Shown here piece after piece: positions 39,355 through 50,972 of a stretch of 64,000 nt of DNA. The stretch covers positions 20,339,224 through 20,403,223 of the forward strand of contig OZ316897.1 of the NCBI GenBank assembly GCA_973895155.1, read 5' to 3'. Origin of the DNA: Marsupella aquatica. Its lineage: Eukaryota; Plantae; Marchantiophyta. The translations under genes and the position numbers were made by a program. The notes below the pieces were generated by a model. That model worked only from the letters and a program-made list of their open reading frames with translations, was not told the origin of the DNA and did not search any database. The first letter of the stretch is position 1. Every line of letters starts with the position of its first letter.

Positions 39355-40876
39355 ATGCCTGGGAGGTGACGAGGTTTTTTCGTGACGGTTTTCCAGCGTT
39401 CATTGTTGGTGTTGCATTCGGGGTTTCGTCGCATGAAACTCGAATGTGTGTGGCTGAGCGAATAGGTTAGTGAGAGGGCTTTCTAACGATGGTTAGAACT
39501 CGCTGATCGGTATCCGTGGTGCGAAGGAATTGAAGTTTGCGTCGTTCAGGGTTTATTCATGTTCGACGGGATTTTGGGGGAGAGACCAGAGATTGTTTTT
39601 TCAACGGTGTGAGCTGTGCGGTGTGGGAGGCATTGCATGTTATAGCTCAAGTTGAAGGTTGAAGCGAGCTGGTCGTTTTGGTACCTGGTTTGCTGACATT
39701 TGTGGAGCGAGTGCGTCGTGACGAGTGAAAGTTGAGTTCTGGTTTTTGACAAGCTATGGTGCTTGTTTTTCCCTGAACCGGATTACTCATCGTGACGCTT
39801 GACTCGGAGGAATAAACGCGAAGTGCTTAGGCTCAACGGAGAGATCGTGGTGAGGCGATCATTTTGAGTCCGGGATTGGCCCTTGACGCAGAGAGAGTAA
39901 GACACGGCGAAGGTTTTCTCTTCTCTGGTGGAGCTCCAGATGTGCCGGTGCAATTTGGCAACATTTTCATGTCGGCGGTCATCACTTTTCTCATTGGAAA
40001 CCGAAGTGGAGGCAGCTGAGGTTTGTAACACAGCCTTTGTGTCATTTTTTGGCACATTTTAAGGTTAGTTTAGGGCTTTTTTTGCCCCCATACGGCCTGT
40101 ATACCTTCAAATCCTGACAAACCTACTTTGCCATATGCCCCGGCGCGCGCCCCGGCCTCCCACACCCCTTTAAGCGCAAAAATGTGCTTTTTCTGGTAAA
40201 AATACGGCCCAAAACGCCCTTATACGGCCCGAATATGCGAAAATGTGCACATTTTGACCCCTTTAAAAGCGTTTTTTCACGTTTTTTTGCACTTTACACG
40301 CGATTCTGGTCGCGAATATGCGCGCGTGGCCGCGAATATGTGCGCCTTTTCCAGGGGCTTTAAGACCCCTTTAAAGTGCTTTTTTCTGAATTTTGTTTTC
40401 TCTCCTCCTCCTCATTGGTTGTACCGCATCCCGGGCCCTATGACCCTCCATTTTAACCGCTTAGACAGGGGGAACGGCCCCCTATGAGACTTGTCGGACT
40501 GTGTGGGAATATTCCCAAAAAACAGAGAGCTGTTTTTCGGCCGTCCGACAAAGATTCCGTCCGCCGAACGGTAACTTTTTTGGTTCTTTTTTGGCGAGGT
40601 CATAGCCATTGAAGTTGAAAACGCGGCGCACCAATCACATCGCAATTCCGACGACGGGTTGTATTTGGTATTTTGGTTATTCCCTGAGGTGGTCAAAACG
40701 GGGGAGTTTCCCAAGGTTTTACCCACCTCGACCAAAATTTGAATAACTTTTCCGTCAAATTTTGATTTTGATTTCGGTTTTCAGTATTGGACTCCTAGCT
40801 TCGTGGGCTACGCGACGGTGTTGAGTTTCGAGTTTTTTGAGAAGTTGTGAAAAACAACATTTTTTGTGATTTTCTC

Positions 40877-43800
40877 ATGAGTGATTCGGAGGAGTTTTTC
40901 GAAGACGTGGAACTTGAAGCATGAGGATCACCGCGGTGGTTTGAGGAGTAGAGAGAGGAGCAGGAGGAAGAGCACGTGACACCGATACCATCACCGGTGC
41001 GGCGTGTGGTGGAGGAAGCAGTACTACTACCAGAGCTCACGGTAGTGCCAAAGAAGAAGATGGGCTTCAAGCTTGGGGGACCCAAGTATGAAGTGACAAA
41101 GTATGATGGGCGCTCTGACTACTTACTATGAGAGAAGCAGGTGAAGGGAGTGCTCTATGCGTCAGGGATGGGCCAACTGCTGAGCCCTCGTGAAGACGAT
41201 GTTGATGAGAAAAATGGGACCGCATGCATGAGCAGGGAGTGTGGTGTGTTACACTCTATCTCATGCCTCCCATCATCAAGCAGTTGGGTGCACATAAGGA
41301 TTGCATGTCCTTGTTTGCGGAATTGCAGAGCAAGTATCACCGCAAGGAGTTGTCGAACCAGCTCTACACTTCCTACAAACTGATGAGTTTCAGGATGAAG
41401 GAATCCGGTACGAAGTTGCAAGACCATGGAGATGCTTTCAACGACATGGTCGTTGACTTGGAAAACCTTGGGGAGACTTTGAATGATGAGACGAAGGCTC
41501 TGCAGCTTCTCAGTTCATTGCCTCCATCTTACCAGTCCCTATCACGAGTGTTGTTGCATCGTGATAGGGATACCATTTCATACAATGACGTGGTAAGTTC
41601 TCTGCTTAGTGATGATCTTCAGCAGAAGATGCACATTACGTCACAGCCTTCATCATCTGGTGCCGCCCTCAATGTTAATCGTGGGAGGAGTATGCAGCGA
41701 CCAACTAGGGACCGTAGAACCCAGTTTAGATCTAAATTCAGATCTAGGTCTAGGGGTAAATCCCCTCAGAGGAGGCAGGTGACATGTTGGAAGTGCAACC
41801 AAGTTGGACACTTCAAGCGAGACTGTAAGGAAAAGACAGCGGAAACGTCATCGGCAAATGTGGCTAGGGCTGATGGAGAAGCTGATTTACTCAATGAGTA
41901 TGTTTTATGAAGCCGGGGGTATGCCCTGTGCACGTCATCTAGGAGAGCAGATGATGTATGGATTCTTGATTGTGCTTGCTCTTTTCATATTTGTTACATT
42001 CGTGAGTTTTTTAGTTCTTACTCTGTTTTAAACGGTTCAGTTCTGATGGGAAATGATCACTCTTGTCAAATTGAGGGAATTGGGTCTTTGAAGATTCAAA
42101 TGTTTGATGGCGCTGTGCGCACAGTGTCTGAAGTCAGGTATGTACCTGGCATGCGTAAGAATCTGATTTCACTCGGTGTGTTGGATTCAAATGGTCATCA
42201 ATGGAGCGTTATTGATGGTGAACCTCAAGTCAGGTCGAGAGAGACAGTGATTTTGAAGGGGAGCAGACAGAAGAATTTGTATGTGTTATAGGGCAATACT
42301 GTATGTGGAGAGGCCAATGTAACCAAGTCTCACGAGGAGATGACTCAACTATGGCATTCACGGCTAGACCACATGAATGAGAAGGGTTTGGCTATCTTAC
42401 GGAAGAATAGACTCATTTCTGATTTGCAATCTTGTAAATTAGAGTTCTGTGAGCATTGCATTCTTGGAAAGCAGCATCGTCGTGCTTTTGGTGTTGGAAC
42501 TCATCATTCCAAAGCGGTTCTTGAGTACATACATAGTGACGTGTGGGGTCCATCCCCGACTCCCTCACACTCTGGAAAGTTATACTATGTATCATTTATT
42601 GACGATTACTCAAGATTTGTGTGGATTTATTTCATGACGCATAAGTCTGATGTCTTGTCCATTTTTAAGAAGTGGAAGGCCTAGGTGGAGAATCAGATTG
42701 GAAACACGATCAAGTGTTTGGATACAAGGGTGAAGAGTCTGAGGTCAGACAACGGTGGGGAGTACACTTCAGTGGAATTTGAAGAGTATTGTTCAGAACA
42801 GGGGATAACTCATCATCTCACCATAGTTTATACTCCGCAGCAGAATGGTGTCGTTGAGAGGCTCAATCAGACACTGTTGGAGCGGTTACAGAGTATGTTG
42901 AGCCAATCGGGTTTACCACAAGAATTTTGGGCAGAAGCTGTCAATACCGCAACTTATTTGGTAAATCTTTCTCCTTCTAGTGCTATAAATTTCAAAACGC
43001 CGTTTGAGATGCGCTATAAGCGGAAAGCAGACTATCATGGCTTGGTAGTTTTTGGAAGTGATGCATATACTCTCACACCGGAGCAGAATAGGACCAAGTT
43101 GGATCCTACCTCCAAGAAATGTGTTTTTCTTGGGTACCAAAGTGGTGTGAAAGCCTATAGGCTATGGGATCCTATTGCCTGTAAGCTCGTTGTCAGTAGG
43201 GATGTTTCCTTCAATGAATCCAGATTATTGAAGGAGGGGGAGAATACTCAAGTCTTCCGTACTGACAAAGGAAAATCTCATATCCCGGATCTCATTGAGG
43301 GGGAGATTGGTCATGAGGGGCATGACCGGAGAGAAGGAGTTGCTCCAATTATGGAGTTGGTTCCTGTGCCAAAGGAACCAGAGGAGTTTGTTGATGCTGA
43401 TGAGCAGCAAGTGGATGCTGCTGAGCTTCAAATTGTACCAGCACACACAGATCAACCGGAGTCATCGGCTAGAAGAGCATCTGGTTGCACTGTACGCGCT
43501 CCACCAAGGTATGGACAGTGGGTTGATTCATCTCAATTGCAAGAGGAGGACTTTGTTACTGATGATGAGGGTGACGCGTTGATTTTGGAAGAAGGGGAAC
43601 CTTCTTCATTTCATGAAGCAAGTGCTTCAAAGGAGAAGCAGGAGTGGGTTGTAGCAATGCACACGGAAATGCAGTCACTGAAGGACAACAAAACTTGGGA
43701 GCTTGTCAAGCTGCCTGAGGGACAGCAAGTGGTGGACAGCAAGTGGATATACAAGCTGAAGGATCAGTCCATAGGAGGTGGATCGAAGGTCTATAAGGCT

Positions 43801-44785
43801 AGGTTGGTAGCCAAGGGATTCACATAGGAAAAAGGTGTGGATTACAATGAGGTCTTCTCACCAGTTGCTAAGTACTCAACAATACGGCTAGTGTGTGCTT
43901 GTTGTTATGTTTGGTCTGTTGCTAGATCAGATGGATGTTGTCACAGCTTTCCTCTATGGCACCTTGGAAGAGGTGATCTTCATGAGACAGCCGCTAGGTT
44001 TTGTGAAGAAAGGGCAAGAGGATTTGGTTTGCAGATTGCTGAGATCCTTGTACGGGTTGAAGCAGTCACCAAGACAGTGGAATAAGCGGTTTGATGATTG
44101 GATCCGTACACAAGGCTTTCACAGGAGTGTGCTTGACCCGTGTGTGTATCTTAAACCGATGAAGAATGTTGTTTTTGGGTTCATTGTTTTAGTACTTTAT
44201 GTGGATGACATGCTTATTGCGGCCAAGGATAGGTTTGAGATTGTTAAGCTCAAGGCACTGCTTAGTGTAGAGTTTAAGATGAAGGACTTAGGGCCAGCTA
44301 AGAGAATTTTGGGTATGGAGATCACTAGGGACTTGAAGGCTAGTAAGCTATGGTTGACGCAGAGCAGTTATGCGAGGAAGGTAATTGCAAGGTTCAACAT
44401 GGGGGATAGCAAGCCAGTAAGTACCCCGTTGGCTCCACACTTCAAGTTGTCATCAGCTTTCTGTCCTACAGATGACACAGAGAAGGGGTTGATGTCAAAG
44501 GTTCTGTATGACAAGGCAGTGGGGAGTCTCATGTATTTGATGAATTGCACTAGACCTGATCTTGCCATGGCTATGGGCAAGGTGAGCAGGTACATGTCGA
44601 ATCCAGGGAAGGTACACTGGGAAGTAGTGAAGTGGATTATTCGATATTTGAAGGGTACCATGGATCATGGTCTATTGTTTGATGCACATGCTGATAATGC
44701 TAGATCATTGATGGGCTATGTAGATGCTGACTATGCACAGGATCTGGATCGGAGGAGGTCAACAACAGGTTATGTGTTCATACTT
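40877..44785 (+). pseudogene. Copia A gag-pol with multiple premature stops and frameshifts
   Basis: Zinc knuckle CWKCNQVGHFKRDC, WILDCACSFH, HSDVWG, RSDNGGEY, YVDDML. Stops at ~40922, 42289, 42682 and 43825 where copy B is open. Confidence 0.92.
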
Positions 44786-46997
44786 CACTAGAAGAAACCG
44801 AGCCTTGTTGAGACCAGAAATTGTGACTATTTTTAGTCCTTGTGACACCAATGTGACTTCCTCAACCGTGACCCTGGTTGAGACCGCACAAGTTATCTAA
44901 ATGGTGACTAAAATGTGGAAAGTCACTAATACTACTGTACATTGTGACATGGATGATCAATACCCAAACTATGACTAGGTGCTGACTAAAATAGAGCATA
45001 AAACCACACATCTAATGTGACTATACTGTGACTACCATCAGTCATCCCTCTCTTACTACCATGACCTCCGATGAACTGAGATTACTGGTGTTTGCGACTA
45101 AGTTGTGACTATGTGTAGTCATTTCAGAAGTATCAGTTTTAACATCTCCAAGTTGTCAACACATCCTTTGGATCTGGTGTTAGTAGTATTTATAACTAAG
45201 ATCGTTGAAGGAAACTACAGGGCCTAGTAATGAACATGACTTATAAGGCGATTGTTGAGGACTTATGGGTCTTGTGTTAGTATTTGTGGTATAATTGTGA
45301 GATGCACTCTTGTCTATGACTATTTTATTCTAGTCATAGTTTTCAAAGTATCGTGCATTCATGACAATTGCACGAGTATAATGAAACATAAGGTGCATTC
45401 AACACATTCAAAGACATGATACGGAATGAGTTGAACACATTTTCAAAATGAAGCATTCATTGCAACAGAATTTATCCAAATTATAGTTCACAATGATACA
45501 AAACTAATGCGATCAATTCATGATCTTGCAAAATGTCTGTGCATCTGCAATACATGTCACTTGCCTATCCAACGATTAATATGTGCAAACCGTACTTTTC
45601 TTCGCTCAAACCGTTGGTATCGTATTACGGGGTCGTGGAGGGACGCTATTTGGAGGATTTCCACACCTAAGGATGAGTATGTTTGATTCCGCTCCTGGAA
45701 GTGTACTTTTTTATCAAGTCTACCGACTGGTCTCTCCGTTTTTGATCAAGTCCAAGAGACTGGTCCTACCATCTACAACTCATGCCCACCGGGTGAGTGC
45801 TGTCACCACCCCCCTCTCATGGGCAAGCATACAAACGTTTACAATAAGGTTTGAACACTAGTGACAAGGGCAAATGTTTCCACAATGAAACTGACCACAT
45901 GCACTAGGGGAGGAAAACAAACAACACAAGCAACAACAAGTGACACACAAAATATTGGAACCTCAAGCCAAATCCATATCTCTTGGTGTTTCCCGTAACA
46001 CATGCAAGGGCAACCCGGCCTCCTGCCGTCTGCCCAACTCCTGCCTCCCGGGGACAAGTGCTACGTTCTCCACCTCACTACTCTGACTTGAATTTCTCCT
46101 AATCGGTGCGCTACAAAAGCTACTTAACAGCATCAAAGCACTACATTGAGTTCCCCCCTAACTACTTCGGGGCTCTCCCCCTAATACCGAAAAAACCACA
46201 CCAAAGCACCCCTCATGGGGTCACAACGATGGCGGCTACCCTAGCGGCACCGCTAAAACCCTGCACTAAGAAATCCCTAAACTAAAAAGGCATGCGGCAC
46301 ACACATGTTGCTAAAACCCTAAACCCTAAACAAGGGGCCGACGGTGCCTTCGACGGCGCCCCAACTGTACTCCGTGAACCCTGAAATTGCAAGGCACCCC
46401 ACAATGGCTGAAACTAGGTGCCCTATCAACTGTACTTTTGAGCTCACCCTTGGATAGCCCTTCTCCTCCTGATCCCGAATCACTCAGCCGCACTCGCAAC
46501 GGACATCGGACGCCTGAGTTATGGTTGTTTCCGTATCGCAAAAACATAATTTCGTCGGGCCATAACTTGCTCATCCTGGCTCCGTTTGAGGAGCGCCGCC
46601 TCTTGTTGGAATCAGCTCCGCGAGCTCTTTCCAACAAGCCCGTGAGTGACCCCTCACAAAAAAAGTTGGAAATCCAGAGGCTGTACAACCACATCCGTGC
46701 GACTATCTACTCCTCCTCTTCTTCACTCTCGGTGCCCTGGCTTGTGCCCCGTGAGTGGGCCTCCTCTTCATCACTCACGGGAGTGAGTGCCACCTCACTT
46801 TTCTTCTTCTTTACCGGGGTACCCTTCGTGCTGCCGCTCCCTTGCTTCCTCAAAGTGGCCAAGGCCTGCCACGCCTTGATGTACCCCTCACCAATGGTGT
46901 CCTTCCATAGGGTAGCCTCTTCTCCGGACCGCAACTCCAACGGTAGAACTTGCCCTGTGGCCATGGGAGTCCCGGGGTGACAGACCTGGGTGGCATC

Positions 46998-47508
46998 TGT
47001 TGAGCATAGACGACGATCGCAACGGCAAGCCCATGAACCATCCAACGCACAATAGTCGACACAAGAGATACGTGGTTCACCTCCTTGAGGCTACGTCCAC
47101 GGGAACACACAAGAGAGCTTTACTGAACTCTAAGCCCGTCGGCTATACCGAGTCTCCACAGTGTAAGCTCTCCCTATCTCTCAAGTGGCTCCATAACAAT
47201 GAGCCTTGGTTCTACCTCTCCAAGCACACATGCCTCTTATGATATAGTGTGCAACTTAGTTGTACCTAACCACATAGTTGTACCTAATCACGTAGTTGTA
47301 CCTAACCACATAGTTGTACCTAATCACGTAGTTGTACCTAACCACATAGTTGTACCTAATCACGTAGTTGTACCTAACCACATAGTTGTACCTAATCACG
47401 TAGTTGTACCTAACCACGTAGTTGTACCAACCCACGTTGTTGTACCAACCCACGTTGTTGTACCAACCACGTCATACCTAACCTAGACGTAAGAGTAAAT
47501 ACCCAACA
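46998..47508 (-). repeat. 3' LTR of Copia B
   Basis: Direct repeat of 52714-53224, preceded on the minus strand by the PPT AAGGGGAAGAT (47519-47509). Confidence 0.97.
47257..47472. repeat. 18-bp tandem array (~12 units) in the LTR U3; also at 52973-53188
   Basis: Alternating tagttgtacctaaccaca and tagttgtacctaatcacg units, then gttgtaccaacccacg variants. Confidence 0.95.
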
Positions 47509-47699
47509 ATCTTCCCCTTGACTCTGGTCTAGGGGAGAGTAATACTGCCAATGTATATGATCCCTCAGCGGGAAGTTCTGGACAGAAACCAAACCGGTTT
47601 CCCTCTCTAACTAGAGCAAACCAGAACTAAGCCGTAGCCTAATACATAGGAATGAGGAAGAGCATATATCAGTAATTACAATGAATGTTTAAGAAAACT

Positions 47700-50600
47700 C
47701 TACTTGTGATGCAATTGCAAAACCTGCAATACGTCACGGTGTCTAGAGAAACTCTCCAAAGGAATCATTTTGGTAAATGCGTCAGCCGGGTTGAGTTTAC
47801 CATCAATCTTGACTAGCTCAAACAAATTATCAGACACAGCCTGCCTGATAAAATGGTACCTGACGTCAATGTGCTTCACTCTGCTGTCCATCACCTGGTT
47901 CACAGCAAGGTGGAGCGCACTTTGACTATCACAATGGAGCTTCACATTCCCCTGTGGCAATCCCATTTCAGTGATAAGTCTATCCAACCAAATCGCTTCC
48001 TTTGCTGCTTCCGCAGCTGCAACATACTCCGCTTCTGTAGTAGACTGAGCAATACACTTCTGCAAAGTAGACCTCCAACTTATGCATCCACCGCCAAGTG
48101 TGAACACGTATCCTGTTGTTGATCTCCTTCGGTCCAAATCTTGTCCATAGTCAGAATCTACATAGCCAATCAATGATCTAGCATTCTTTGCATTCGCATC
48201 AAATAAAAGACCATGATCCACGGTACCCTTCAAGTACCTGATAATCCACTTCACTGCTTCCCAGTGTACCTTCCCTGGATTCGACATGTACCTGCTCACC
48301 TTGCCCATAGCCATGGCAAGATCAGGTCTAGTGCAAGTCATCAAATACATGAGACTCCCCACTGCCTTGTCATATGGAACCTTTGACATCAACCCCTTCT
48401 CTGTGTCATCCGTAGGACAGAACGCTGATGATAACTTGAAGTGTGGAGCCAACGGGGTACTTACTGGCTTGCTATTCTCCATGTTGAACCTTGCAATTAC
48501 CTTCCTCGCATAACTGCTCTGCGTCAACCATAGCTTGCCAGCCTCCAAGTCCCTAGTGATCTCCATACCCAAAATCCTCTTAGCTGGCCCTAAGTCCTTC
48601 ATCTTAAACTCTGCACTAAGCAGTGCCTTGAGCTTAACAATCTCAGACCTATCATTGGCTGCAATTAGCATGTCATCCACATAAAGTACTAAAATAATGA
48701 ACCCAAAGACAACATTCTTCACCGGTTTCAAATACACACAAGGGTCAAATACACTTCTGTGAAAACCTTGTGACCGAATCCAATCGTCAAACCGCTTGTT
48801 CCACTGTCTTGGTGACTGCTTCAACCCATACAAGGATTTTAGCAATCTGCAAACCAATTCCTCCTGTCCTCTCTTCACAAAATCTAGCGGTTGTCTCATG
48901 AAGATCACCTCTTCCAATGTGCCATAGAGGAAAGCTGTGACAACATCCATCTGATCTAGGAGCAGACCAAACATTACAACAAGTACACACAATAGTCGTA
49001 TTGTAGAGTACTTAGCAACTGGTGAGAAGACCTCATTGTAATCCACACCTTTCTCTTGTGTGAATCCCTTTGCTACCAATCTAGCCTTGTAGACCTTCGA
49101 TCCACCTCCTATGGAATTATCCTTCAGCTTGTAAATCCACTTGCTGTCCACCACTTGCTGACCCTTAGGCAGCTTAACAAGCTCCCAAGTTTTGTTGTCC
49201 TTTAGTGACTGCATCTCCGTTTGCATTGCTGCAGTCCACTTCTGCTTCTCTTTTGAAGCACTTGCCTCATGAAATGAAGAAGGTTCTCCTTCTTCCAAAA
49301 TTAACGCATCACCCTCATCATCAGCTGTAAAATCATCCTCTTGCAGTTGAGATGAATCAACCCACTGTCCATACCTTGATGGAGCGCGTACAGTGCGACC
49401 AGATGTTCTTCTAGCCGATGACTCCGGTTGATTTGCGTGTGCTGGTACAATTTGAAGCTCAACAGCATCCACTTGTTGCTCACCAGCATCAACAAACTCC
49501 TCTGGTTCCTCTGGCACAGGAACCAGCTCCATAATTGGAGCAACTCCTTCTCTCCGGTCATGCACCTCATAACCAATCTCCCCCTCAACGAGATCCGGGA
49601 TAGGAGATTTTCCTTTGTCAGTACGGGAGACCTGAGTATTCTCCCCCTCCTTCAATAATCTGGATTCATTGAAGGAAACATCCCTACTGACAACGAGCTT
49701 ACAGGCAATAGGATCCCATAGCCTATAGGCTTTCACACCACTCTGGTACCCAAGAAAAACACATTTCCTGGAGGTAGGATCCAACTTGGTCCTATTCTTC
49801 TTTGGTGTGAGAGCATATGCATCACTTCCAAAAATTACCAAGCCATGATAGTCTGCTTGCCGCTTATAGCGCATCTCAAACGACGTTTTGAAATTGATAG
49901 CACTAGAAGGAGAAAGATTTACCAAATAAGCTGCGGTATTGACAGCTTCTGCCCAAAATTCTTGTGGTAAACCTGATTGGCTCAACATACTCCGTGACCG
50001 CTCCAACAATGTCCGATTGAGCCTCTCAGCGACACCATTCTGCTGCAGAGTATAAACTGTGGTGAGATGGCGAGTTATCCCCTGTTCTGAACAGTACTCT
50101 TCAAATTCCATTGAAGTGTACTCCCCGCCGTTGTCTGACCTCAGACTCTTCACCCTTGTATCCAAACACTTGATCGTGTTTCCAGTCTGATTCTCCACCT
50201 GGGCCTTCCACTTCTTAAAAATGGACAAGACATCAGACTTATGCGTCATGAAATAAATCCACACAAATCTTGAGTAATCATCAATAAATGATACATAGTA
50301 CAACTTTCCAGAGTGTGAGGGAGTCGGGGATGGACCCCACACGTCACTATGTATGTACTCAAGAACCGCTTTGGAACGATGAGTTCCAACACCAAAAGCA
50401 CGACGATGCTGCTTTCCAAGAATGCAATGCTCACAAAACTCTAATTTACAAGATTGCAAATCAGAAATGAGTCCATTCTTCCGTAAGATAGCCAAACCCT
50501 TCTCACTCATGTGGCCTAGCTGTGAATGCCACAGTTGAGTCATCTCCTCGTGAGACTTGGTTACATTGGCCTCTCCACATACAGTATTGCCCTGTAACAC

Positions 50601-50972
50601 ATACAAATTCTTTTGTCTACTCCCCTTCAAAATCACTGTCTCTCCCGACCTGACTTGAAGTTCACCATCAATAACGCTCCATTGATGACCATTTGAATCC
50701 AACACACCGAGTGAAATCAGATTCTTACGCATGCCAGGTACATACCTGACTCCGGACACTGTGCGCACAGCGCCATCAAACATTTGAATCTTCACAGACC
50801 CAATTCCCTCAATTTGACAGGAGTGATCATTTCCCATCAGAACTGAACCGTTTGAAACAGAGTAAGAACTGAAAAACTCACGAATGTAACAAATATGAAA
50901 AGAGCAAGCACAATCAAGAATCCACACATCATCTGCTCTCCTAGATGATGTGCACAGGGCATACCCCCGGCT
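47700..50972 (-). CDS. Copia B pol (protease, GAG-pre-integrase, integrase, RT, RNase H), in frame with gag across a single TGA
   Basis: WILDCACSFH, WHSQLGH...CEHC, HSDVWG, SDNGGEY, YKARLVAKG, YVDDML, YVDSD, STTEAEY, HIDVRYH, NPADAFTK. Confidence 0.96.
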   Translation of the reverse strand, partial: SRGYALCTSSRRADDVWILDCACSFHICYIREFFSSYSVSNGSVLMGNDHSCQIEGIGSVKIQMFDGAVRTVSGVRYVPGMRKNLISLGVLDSNGHQWSVIDGELQVRSGETVILKGSRQKNLYVLQGNTVCGEANVTKSHEEMTQLWHSQLGHMSEKGLAILRKNGLISDLQSCKLEFCEHCILGKQHRRAFGVGTHRSKAVLEYIHSDVWGPSPTPSHSGKLYYVSFIDDYSRFVWIYFMTHKSDVLSIFKKWKAQVENQTGNTIKCLDTRVKSLRSDNGGEYTSMEFEEYCSEQGITRHLTTVYTLQQNGVAERLNRTLLERSRSMLSQSGLPQEFWAEAVNTAAYLVNLSPSSAINFKTSFEMRYKRQADYHGLVIFGSDAYALTPKKNRTKLDPTSRKCVFLGYQSGVKAYRLWDPIACKLVVSRDVSFNESRLLKEGENTQVSRTDKGKSPIPDLVEGEIGYEVHDRREGVAPIMELVPVPEEPEEFVDAGEQQVDAVELQIVPAHANQPESSARRTSGRTVRAPSRYGQWVDSSQLQEDDFTADDEGDALILEEGEPSSFHEASASKEKQKWTAAMQTEMQSLKDNKTWELVKLPKGQQVVDSKWIYKLKDNSIGGGSKVYKARLVAKGFTQEKGVDYNEVFSPVAKYSTIRLLCVLVVMFGLLLDQMDVVTAFLYGTLEEVIFMRQPLDFVKRGQEELVCRLLKSLYGLKQSPRQWNKRFDDWIRSQGFHRSVFDPCVYLKPVKNVVFGFIILVLYVDDMLIAANDRSEIVKLKALLSAEFKMKDLGPAKRILGMEITRDLEAGKLWLTQSSYARKVIARFNMENSKPVSTPLAPHFKLSSAFCPTDDTEKGLMSKVPYDKAVGSLMYLMTCTRPDLAMAMGKVSRYMSNPGKVHWEAVKWIIRYLKGTVDHGLLFDANAKNARSLIGYVDSDYGQDLDRRRSTTGYVFTLGGGCISWRSTLQKCIAQSTTEAEYVAAAEAAKEAIWLDRLITEMGLPQGNVKLHCDSQSALHLAVNQVMDSRVKHIDVRYHFIRQAVSDNLFELVKIDGKLNPADAFTKMIPLESFSRHRDVLQVLQLHHK

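Larger units (their letters stand above)
39256..44785 (+). mobile_element. Ty1/Copia LTR retrotransposon copy A, degenerate. Only the last ~85 bp of the 5' LTR remain; the element is interrupted at 44786 by a CACTA element.
   Basis: LTR end ...CTATGCTCAACA at 39340, tRNA-Met PBS, then gag, PR, GAG-pre-IN, IN and RT fragments highly similar to copy B. The frame breaks off at TTGYVFIL. Confidence 0.93.

Noticed and set aside
46387-46980. 197-aa plus-strand ORF
   Set aside because: Antisense to the Gypsy accessory ORF tail and LTR sequence; Ser-rich shadow frame.
47257-47472. Short regular repeats resembling a CRISPR array, and the VVPNH / RYNYV repeat ORFs
   Set aside because: Head-to-tail 18-bp units with no unique spacers, inside eukaryotic LTRs. 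The ORFs are translation artefacts of the array.
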